From assembly GCF_000284115.1 (NCBI RefSeq), contig NC_017080.1, forward strand, positions 930,001 to 962,000: 32,000 nt of DNA. Direction: 5' to 3'. Positions 19,341 to 25,818 of this stretch are shown here, piece by piece. The position numbers were made by a program, and so were the translations under genes. Within the stretch, counting starts at the first letter, position 1; each line of letters opens with the position of its first letter. Below the pieces are notes generated by a model, which ran no database searches, was not told the origin of the DNA, and was given only the letters and a program-made list of their open reading frames with translations. The DNA comes from Phycisphaera mikurensis NBRC 102666 (GTDB lineage Bacteria; Planctomycetota; Phycisphaerae; Phycisphaerales; Phycisphaeraceae).

Positions 19341-20462
19341 TCAGACCGCGTCCCGCAGCGTCAGGTTCTTCCCGTACTCGCCGGTCTCGAAGAGGTGCAG
19401 CTTGTCGGGGTCCAGGAAGAGCTTCACGGCCGTGCCCTCCTCGATGACCTCCGCCTTCACGCGGGCGACCAGGCGGCCGCCGCCGGCAACCGAGACGAAC
19501 ATGTCCATCATGTTGCCCAGCGGCTCGACCACGTCCAGCTCGCCGTCGATGGCCATGTCCTCGCGGTTCGCCTCGGCCGTCGGGTGCAGCTCCAGCCCCT
19601 CGGGCCGGATGCCCAGCACGACCTCCTGGCCGACGTGCTGCTGAGCGACCTCGCCGTGGTGGCCGTCGAGCACCACGCGGCCGGCGTCGCTCTGGAAGAC
19701 CGCGCGGCCGTCCTCGGCGACGATCCGCCCGTCGATGAAGTTCATCGGCGGCGTGCCGAGGAAGGCCGCGACGAACCGGTTGACCGGCTGGCGGTACACG
19801 CCCAGCGGCGTGTCGCACTGCTGGATGTGCCCGCCGGACATGACGACCACGCGGTCGCCGAGGGTCATCGCCTCCTCCTGGTCGTGCGTCACGTAGATCG
19901 TGGTGGTCGACAGCCGCTTGTGGAGCCGCTTGAGCTCCGCCCGCGTCTCCACCCGCAGCTTCGCGTCGAGGTTCGAAAGCGGCTCATCGAAGAGGAAGAC
20001 CGAGGGGTCGCGGACGATCGCCCGGCCCAGGGCGACACGCTGCCGCTGGCCACCCGAGAGCGCCTTGGGCCGCCGCTCCAGCAGCTCGGTGATGCCGAGG
20101 ATCTTCGCCGCGTCCCGCACCCGCTTGTCGATCTCGACCTTCGGGAACTTCCGCAGCTTCAGCCCGAAGGCCATGTTCTTGTACACCGTCATGTGCGGGT
20201 ACAGGGCGTAGTTCTGGAACACCATCGCGATGTCGCGGTCCTTGGGGGCGACGTGGTTCACCACGCGGCCGCCGATGGAGATCGTGCCGCCGGTGATGTC
20301 TTCGAGGCCCGCGACCATCCGCAGCGTCGTGGACTTGCCGCAGCCCGAGGGCCCGACCAGCACGAGGAACTCGCCGTCGTTGATGTGGAGCGAGATGCCG
20401 CGGACCGCGGTCACGTCGCCCTCGTAGGTCTTCACCACGTCCTGGATCTGTACGTCTGCCAA
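19341..20462 (-). CDS. ugpC: ABC transporter ATP-binding protein, MalK/UgpC/MsmX family (sugar-type importer ATPase)
   Basis: Walker A GPSGCGKST, Q-loop, signature LSGGQRQRVALGRA, Walker B VFLFDEPLSNLD, and a C-terminal TOBE/regulatory domain. I put the start at TTG (complement of 20460-20462), giving M-ADVQIQDVVKTY like family members. The upstream ATG at 20558 is the alternative. No permease or binding-protein gene is adjacent. The symbol is tentative. Confidence 0.85.
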   Translation of the reverse strand: MADVQIQDVVKTYEGDVTAVRGISLHINDGEFLVLVGPSGCGKSTTLRMVAGLEDITGGTISIGGRVVNHVAPKDRDIAMVFQNYALYPHMTVYKNMAFGLKLRKFPKVEIDKRVRDAAKILGITELLERRPKALSGGQRQRVALGRAIVRDPSVFLFDEPLSNLDAKLRVETRAELKRLHKRLSTTTIYVTHDQEEAMTLGDRVVVMSGGHIQQCDTPLGVYRQPVNRFVAAFLGTPPMNFIDGRIVAEDGRAVFQSDAGRVVLDGHHGEVAQQHVGQEVVLGIRPEGLELHPTAEANREDMAIDGELDVVEPLGNMMDMFVSVAGGGRLVARVKAEVIEEGTAVKLFLDPDKLHLFETGEYGKNLTLRDAV

Positions 20463-20595
20463 AAGAGAGTCTTCCGAAGGAGGAGAGGAACTGCCCGCGT
20501 TTCGCGGCGGGCCCAAAGGGCACCCACCGCACGCATCGCTGCCCGCGTCCGCGGGCAAGCCGCAAGGCTATCAGCCCGGGTCGGGCTCGCCGGAT

Positions 20596-20641
20596 CCGCG
20601 GACCGTCGGCTCCGGAGCCTCTCGAGACCGACGGTCCGCGG
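20596..20641. repeat. 46-bp palindromic element, copy C (best copy); possible ruvX terminator
   Basis: CCGCGGACCGTCGG (20596-20609) and CCGACGGTCCGCGG (20628-20641) form a perfect 14-bp stem with an 18-nt loop, which equals 10-bp core arms separated by 26 nt. It lies between the ruvX stop and the ugpC start. There is no U-tract. Confidence 0.75.
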
Positions 20642-20709
20642 CGTCGGGGTCATCTCGGACGCCGCTGCCCAGCGGGCGCGTCGCTCGGCCCCGCGTCGAG
20701 GTCCGGCCC

Positions 20710-21120
20710 TCAATCCGTTGCAAAGTACCGCTGCAGCAGCATGACCGCCGCCAGTCCGTCCCGCCGCGTCTTCTTCTGCTTGTGCGTCAGCCCCGACCGG
20801 CCCATCGCCTCGTCCGCTTCCAGCGAGCTCCGCCGCTCGTCCACCAGGTGCACCGGCACGCCGAACCGTTCCGCCGCCTCCGCCGCGAACGCCCGCGCCC
20901 GCCTCGCCGCCTTGCCCGCCGACCCGTCCATGTGCAGCGGCAGGCCCAGCACCAGCGCGTCGGGCGTCTCCCGCTCGACGATCCGCGCGAGCCGCGTCCA
21001 ACGCTCCGGCCCCGGCGGCGCCACGACCGCCGGCAGCGGCGAAGCGATCCCCGTCGCGTCGTCCCCCAGCGCCAGCCCCGTCCGCTTGTTGCCGAGGTCG
21101 ATGGCGAGGAAGCGCGGCAC
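20710..21120 (-). CDS. ruvX: Holliday-junction resolvase-like nuclease RuvX (YqgF)
   Basis: 136 aa from GTG (complement of 21118-21120): VPRFLAIDLGNKRTGLALGDD...LVLGLPLHMDGS...VHLVDERRSSLEA...QKKTRRDGLAAVMLLQRYF. The YqgF signature D-x-G-x-K-R-x-G is at the N-terminus. The longer 711-aa track ORF is a chimera with the antisense of the RHS gene. Confidence 0.88.
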   Translation of the reverse strand: MPRFLAIDLGNKRTGLALGDDATGIASPLPAVVAPPGPERWTRLARIVERETPDALVLGLPLHMDGSAGKAARRARAFAAEAAERFGVPVHLVDERRSSLEADEAMGRSGLTHKQKKTRRDGLAAVMLLQRYFATD

Positions 21121-21168
21121 CGCGGAGACGGTATCCGCGGCGTTGAAGGTCCATTCGAAAGGGTAGAG

Positions 21169-23313
21169 TTGCGACACCTTCTCCCGGCCATCCTCGCCCT
21201 CCGGCCGCTCGTGATCACCCACACCGACATCCGCCGCCACCGGCCCACGCTCTTGATCGGCCCGCGGGTGGGGGCCCAGGGCGAGCCCTTCCGCGCCACC
21301 TTCAGCATCACCCGCAGCACCGCGTCGCGAAACCACGACATGCTCAAGTTCCTCTTCGGGGTGGAAGAGGAAGGCACGTACAACGTCCTCACGCTCTCGC
21401 ACAAGGGCGGGAGCCCGAGCGCGCCTTCGGGCAGCCGGCTCGACGACGCCTCCGGCGTGGGCGTCGCCGGCACCCGCACCGCCGCCAACGCCGTCAGCAC
21501 CCCGAACCCCAGCGACCGGGTCTGGGTCCGCGTGGCCTCCGACGGCGCCGCCGTGACCGCCAAGATGCTCCTCGACAACACCGGCCCGCCCAGCGAGGCC
21601 GCCTGGTCCGGCGCCGGCGAGGCGTACCGCAGCACCGCCTTCCCGATGAACGGCGGGCGGGTGGGCTTCCGCTCTGCCTACGGCGTCGCCTTCGTCCGGC
21701 ACTTCACCCTCGAGACCGACCACGACAACGACGGTTCCTGGACCCGCGAGTACGACGCCCTCATCGACCACCCCGGCGGCCACGCCACGATCCGGTACGA
21801 GCACGACGCCGCGGGCAACCTCACCTTCGACGGCGTGTTCTCCTACGCCTACGACGCGGTCGCCGATCCAGGCGACCGAAGGCTGGCGCCTCCGAGGCTG
21901 AAGCCAGCTTCCTTGTCCATCCGGCTGGTCAGCGTCCGCAACGCCTACCGCGAGGCTGGTGCCAGCCAGAGCGTGCAGGAGGGCTCGGTCGTCACCGCCA
22001 TGGCCTACGACGGCCTGGGCCGGCGGACCACCCGAGCCGTCCAGAACAGCGGGAACCTCGACTTCACCCACCACGCCTACTTCGACGGCCAGCGGCAGGT
22101 CGAGGAACGCAACGGCTCGGACCTGGTGCTCCGTCAGCAGGTCTGGGGCCTGGACTACATCGACGAGCTGGTGAGCACTTCGCTGAACTTCGACCCCACC
22201 GACACCACCGAGAGCGTCTGCGAGCGGCACTTCTACGCCCTCCACGACAGCCAGTACAACATCCTGGGCATCGTCGCCGCCGGCGGCGCCCTGGTGGAGC
22301 GATACGAGTACACGCCCTACGGACAGAGGCAGGTCTACGGGAGTGGGTGGCTGCCATACGATCTCGATGGCAACGGGGTGGTGGATCAAGCAGACGCCGA
22401 CGTCGTAGACGCAGGGCGGTACGGGCCCGACGATTCGTCTTCCTACATCGCGGATGTATCGGGAGACGGTCAGGTCGACGACAACGACTACTACCCCGTC
22501 CTCTACAGCGGAGCCTACCCGTTCCTGGGGCTCCAGATCCTGCCGCAGAACGACCTGAAGGCGTACACACCGCGGCTGGGTAGCTTCGCCGGTCGTCTCG
22601 CCTCCGAAGGTGCCGGCAGCAGCTTGAACCCCTTCGGCCACCAGGGCCTCCACCACGACGAGGCCACCGGGCTCATCTACAACCGGGCACGCATGCTCCA
22701 CCCCACGCTGGGCAGGTTCGTGCAGAGAGATCCGCTGGGGTATGTGGATGGGGCCAATCAATATCTCTACCACCCAGCTCTTCATGGAGGAACTGATTGG
22801 ACAGGGACCCGGCGAGTTCCTCCATATTCGGTGCCTACTTACCAAGCGAGATCTACGGCGGAGGATGCTGGAAGCAATTCACTTCAGCCAGGTGAGTGGG
22901 GAGGTAATCGAGACGCAATCCGTCACTGCGTTCTGATGTGCGAGTTAGCGAAAGACTTCGGGCGTCAGGGTGCTATCGACTTCGGACATGCGTACGAGAC
23001 GGATAACGAGCCGACTCTGCCCGACGGAGCTCGAGGCGTTCAAGGATACGCAGACTATACAGCTTTTGTGCTACACGATCGGGCGATGGATCTACACAAC
23101 AATGAGGTGGGAGCTTCGATTGGCGAGGCTCTGAGTGACCTGCAAGACCTCGTTCCGGAATGCAGCCGAACTTGCGCAGACGCATGTGCCGATGCCTTGG
23201 ACAACGGAGCCCTGCTCGTAAATGTAGAAAACGGATATAAACTAGACTGGCATCCTGGTCAAGCTCCATGGGAACGTCCTCCGACGATTCCCGATGTTAA
23301 TGTGTTCCCCTAA
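21169..23313 (+). CDS. RHS/YD-repeat polymorphic toxin, copy 1 (jelly-roll-like N-domain, YD repeats, dockerin/EF-hand-like insert, RHS core end, unique C-terminal domain CT1)
   Basis: YD repeats are present (YEHDAAGNLTFDG, YAYDA, MAYDGLGRRTTR, YEYTPYGQ), and the core terminus is GLIYNRARMLHPTLGRFVQRDPLGYVDGANQYLY. After about 22740 GC drops sharply and the sequence is unrelated to copy 2. The start is uncertain: TTG 21169 (used), GTG 21211 or ATG 21340. The frame stays open upstream only because it is antisense to ruvX. Confidence 0.8.
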   Translation: MRHLLPAILALRPLVITHTDIRRHRPTLLIGPRVGAQGEPFRATFSITRSTASRNHDMLKFLFGVEEEGTYNVLTLSHKGGSPSAPSGSRLDDASGVGVAGTRTAANAVSTPNPSDRVWVRVASDGAAVTAKMLLDNTGPPSEAAWSGAGEAYRSTAFPMNGGRVGFRSAYGVAFVRHFTLETDHDNDGSWTREYDALIDHPGGHATIRYEHDAAGNLTFDGVFSYAYDAVADPGDRRLAPPRLKPASLSIRLVSVRNAYREAGASQSVQEGSVVTAMAYDGLGRRTTRAVQNSGNLDFTHHAYFDGQRQVEERNGSDLVLRQQVWGLDYIDELVSTSLNFDPTDTTESVCERHFYALHDSQYNILGIVAAGGALVERYEYTPYGQRQVYGSGWLPYDLDGNGVVDQADADVVDAGRYGPDDSSSYIADVSGDGQVDDNDYYPVLYSGAYPFLGLQILPQNDLKAYTPRLGSFAGRLASEGAGSSLNPFGHQGLHHDEATGLIYNRARMLHPTLGRFVQRDPLGYVDGANQYLYHPALHGGTDWTGTRRVPPYSVPTYQARSTAEDAGSNSLQPGEWGGNRDAIRHCVLMCELAKDFGRQGAIDFGHAYETDNEPTLPDGARGVQGYADYTAFVLHDRAMDLHNNEVGASIGEALSDLQDLVPECSRTCADACADALDNGALLVNVENGYKLDWHPGQAPWERPPTIPDVNVFP

Positions 23314-23389
23314 GAGGTCTTGTAAGTTCCGTGCAGGCGATTGGCCTAACGTAATCCTATGGCAGGATTCAAAAGTTTGGATGTAAGGC

Positions 23390-24001
23390 ATGATGTTTTT
23401 TAAAGGGGTCAGGGCAACGCTTGTACTTGCGGTTATATCTATCTGTGTTGCTGGAACAGCCTCGGTTTCCTGTTCCAATCATGGCGATCGCGCATCCGAG
23501 GCGAAGATTGATGTGACCACGAAGCGGGAAGATTGGAGCAGTTGGGCTCTACGCAGGGTTGTGATCGCGTCAGAGACCCCGGTTGACGAATCGGGCTCTG
23601 TCGGTTTCTCTATCGTGCAACCACGCAATTCTTTTGCACCTCAGGGCATAGGGATCTATCGTAGATTGAGCTGGGCGGAAAGCTACGAGAACCTCAGGAT
23701 TTTTGCAGCTATCAAGACTTACCGGGACTTGCGGTTGTCGCTCCATGTTGAAGGTGACCGAGATTCCGAGGGCGAGTATGGCAGCCTTGATTTTCGGATC
23801 CCTTTCCAGTGGGGATCAGCAGTGGTTGAAGTTAAGCGTGAGGAACGTTTAATCCTCGCTGAGTGCCAGGTCCCTTCTGATGTAGAATCCGTACTATTAT
23901 GGCTCCAGGTGGAAGACCCACAACCTGCAACATCGCCCAAACTAAACCAGAACGAGGGCGTTGACTTCGCCATATCCGGTCTAATCATCGTACTTGACTA
24001 A
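23390..24001 (+). CDS. secreted beta-rich protein, candidate cognate immunity for CT1
   Basis: 203 aa in AT-richer DNA contiguous with CT1, starting 76 nt after the RHS1 stop. It has an N-terminal signal peptide (MMFFKGVRATLVLAVISICVAGTASVSC). I recognise no family. The immunity role is inferred from position only. Confidence 0.5.
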   Translation: MMFFKGVRATLVLAVISICVAGTASVSCSNHGDRASEAKIDVTTKREDWSSWALRRVVIASETPVDESGSVGFSIVQPRNSFAPQGIGIYRRLSWAESYENLRIFAAIKTYRDLRLSLHVEGDRDSEGEYGSLDFRIPFQWGSAVVEVKREERLILAECQVPSDVESVLLWLQVEDPQPATSPKLNQNEGVDFAISGLIIVLD

Positions 24002-24147
24002 GAAGCTGTTTCAAAACTCCCCATGATCATCCGCCGGTGGCAGATGGTGAGGCAGGCGAGGTCGTGCATGCCCTGAAAGTGGCTTCCGGTCCGCTCGTAG
24101 CAGACCTTCAACCGGCGGTCGTTCCCGAACCATGCCAATGCCCGCTC
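23998..24147 (-). pseudogene. 3'-terminal remnant of an IS5-family (IS427/IS1031-like) DDE transposase gene
   Basis: The minus-strand translation PERALAWFGNDRRLKVCYERTGSHFQGMHDLACLTICHRRMIMGSFETAS* matches the conserved C-terminus of IS5-family transposases (ER..aW....RRL...YE......f..lA...i..RR). Everything upstream is replaced by the GAAGCAAGGGG array. A possible IS end, GAAGCTGTTTCAAAAC, follows a CTAA at 23998-24001. Confidence 0.6.
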
Positions 24148-24149
24148 GG

Positions 24150-24241
24150 GAAGCAAGGGGTCAGGGAAGCAAGGGGAAGCAAGGGGTCAGGGAAGCAAGG
24201 GGGAAGCAAGGGGAAGCAAGGGGTCAAGCCCCTTGCAGAGG
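24150..24241 (+). repeat. iterated half-hairpin array plus terminal complete hairpin (left end of RAYT element 1)
   Basis: Six head-to-tail copies of GAAGCAAGGGG, with or without TCAG, at 10-17 bp periodicity. The last copy is completed to GGAAGCAAGGGG-TCAAG-CCCCTTGCAGAGG (24212-24241). That hairpin has an 8-bp stem at 24216-24223 / 24229-24236 and a 5-nt loop. Confidence 0.85.
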
Positions 24242-24306
24242 TGCTATGGTGCCGTCGCCGAGTCGCCTCCCGCTCCCCCGCTCTCTCGCACCCTCAACCG
24301 CTCCCC

Positions 24307-25398
24307 ATGGCCCGCTCCCTCCGCCACCAGATCCTGCCTGATGCCACCTGCGTGGTTCATGTTGTGTCGAAGATCTCGCGGTCGCTTCACTTGCTGGTGC
24401 CCGATGAGGATCGTGCCGGCGCCGGCGCCGGTGCCGTTGGCGACGCGGCCGAGCACCCCGACCTCCGCAAGGAGCTGCTGCTGCAGCGGCTGGAGACGCT
24501 GGCGGAGCAGACCTCGATCTCGGTGTGCGGGTTTGCGGTGATGGGCAACCACGTCCACCTGATCCTGCGGCGGGACAAGGAGGAGGCCGCGGCGTGGCCG
24601 GCGGCGGAGGTGGTGGGGCGGTGGCTTGCGTTGCACCCCAAGCGCAACCGGGCGCGGCAGCCGGTGGAGACGCCGGAGGAGGACGTGGCGGCGATGGTGG
24701 CGGACGAGGGACTGGTGGAGACGCTGCGTGCGAAGCTGTCGAGTGTCTCGCAATTCATGAAGGACCTCAAGCAGCGGACCGCGGAGGCGGTGAACAAGCT
24801 GGAGGGCCGCGGCGGGCGGCTCTGGGACGGGACGTTCAAGAGCAAGCTGATCGAGGACCAGGAGCAGCTGGTGGCGACGATGGTGTACGTGGACCTCAAC
24901 CCCTTCGCGGCGGGGGTGTGCGAGACGCCCGAAGAGGGCCGCCACACCTCGCTGGCGGGGCGGCTGGGGCGGGACGAGCCGGCGGGGGAGGTGAGCAAGC
25001 CCGCAGGATCCGCGGACCGCGACCGGGAGGAGGCCTCGGAGGCCGGCGGTCCGCGGGTTGGTCTGCGGTTGCCACGGCGGAGGTCCAGCGGGGCCTGGCT
25101 GCGGCCGCTGGACGAGTCGGCCAAGCGGGCGCGGGAGCGTGGGCAGCGGCGGCACCCGCGAGGGCGGGCGGGGCTCGAAGCGGAGGCCGCGGGAACGGTG
25201 AGCCCGGGGCTGTCGCTGCGGGTCTACCTGCGGATCCTCGACGCGGTCAGCCGCAAGCTGCGGGCGGGCAAGAAACGCCTTGCGGCGGGCATGGCAAGCG
25301 TCTTCGAGCGGCTGAACCTGGACGCCGACGCGGTGGTCGGGCGGGTGCTGGCGATGGCGCAGCGGGACGGGCTGGCGGTGGCGGGCCGGGGCAGCTGA
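24307..25398 (+). CDS. REP-associated tyrosine transposase-like HUH protein (Y1 transposase / IS200-like, COG1943), copy 1
   Basis: 363 aa from MARSLRHQILPD. Family blocks are present: VVHVVSKISRSLHLLVPDEDR, the HUH motif in AVMGNHVHLILRR, GRLWDGTFKSKLIEDQEQL, and the catalytic-Tyr block MVYVDLNPFAAGV. A C-terminal extension of about 150 aa is Arg/Ala-rich. Confidence 0.8.
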   Translation: MARSLRHQILPDATCVVHVVSKISRSLHLLVPDEDRAGAGAGAVGDAAEHPDLRKELLLQRLETLAEQTSISVCGFAVMGNHVHLILRRDKEEAAAWPAAEVVGRWLALHPKRNRARQPVETPEEDVAAMVADEGLVETLRAKLSSVSQFMKDLKQRTAEAVNKLEGRGGRLWDGTFKSKLIEDQEQLVATMVYVDLNPFAAGVCETPEEGRHTSLAGRLGRDEPAGEVSKPAGSADRDREEASEAGGPRVGLRLPRRRSSGAWLRPLDESAKRARERGQRRHPRGRAGLEAEAAGTVSPGLSLRVYLRILDAVSRKLRAGKKRLAAGMASVFERLNLDADAVVGRVLAMAQRDGLAVAGRGS

Positions 25399-25818
25399 AC
25401 CGAGCTCGCCGGGGCCTGGCTACCTCGCAGGAGGCGTTGCTTCTTCCGAACGGATCCGCCGGGCTCGCCGGGGCCTACCCGGGCCTGCCCGGGCCTGCCC
25501 GGGCATCGCCGGGCGAGGGCTGTTGCGGTGACTGCGCCAGCCGCTTTGCAACGCAAGGCGGGCTCTTGTCCGGATCAGCGTCGATCCCCGAGGCGGCGTC
25601 GCCGGGCTCCGGCCCGCTCAGCGTTGCGAAGCGGCTGACGCTGTCAGCCCCGCCGGGATCTCGGTGGGCCTGCCTGGGAAGCTGCTCGGATCGTGGGGTG
25701 GCACACCGGAGATGCACGGCCTCGTGGTGATGGCGACGGATCGATCGGTGAACGCCGGGTTCTCGTTTCCGAGCCCGCGGCTCATCCGCTCGTCGGCCGG
25801 TTCCTTACCCTCTCCCTC

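Larger units (their letters stand above)
24150..25404 (+). mobile_element. single-gene HUH (RAYT/IS200-like) element, copy 1
   Basis: This block is shared with 28875-30137 at high identity. The flanks differ on both sides: on the left an IS5 remnant versus a signal-peptide gene fragment, and on the right the sequences diverge 6 nt after the stop (..CAGCTGAACC|). Confidence 0.65.

Noticed and set aside
20710-22845. A 711-aa minus-strand ORF, and the plus-strand ORF beginning at 20782, which would make ruvX and RHS1 overlap extensively.
   Set aside because: Only the last 136 codons of the minus ORF are RuvX-like. Only the part of the plus ORF from about 21169 onward is shared with RHS copy 2 and looks like protein. 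The extensions are antisense read-through in GC-rich DNA.
24150-24241. Possibility that the GAAGCAAGGGG arrays (also 28875-28980) or the 30-mer pair at 30248-30330 are CRISPR arrays.
   Set aside because: The array units are 10-17 bp and directly abutting, with no unique spacers. The 30-mer occurs only twice, with a 23-nt interval that is itself part of the RAYT leader. No cas genes are present.
24037-24306. An N-terminal extension of the RAYT1 ORF across the repeat array (track ORF 24037-25398).
   Set aside because: The extension translates the IS5-remnant antisense and the GAAGCAAGGGG array (GSKGSGKQGGSKGKQGVK). RAYT2 starts at the equivalent of ATG 24307 with no upstream extension.
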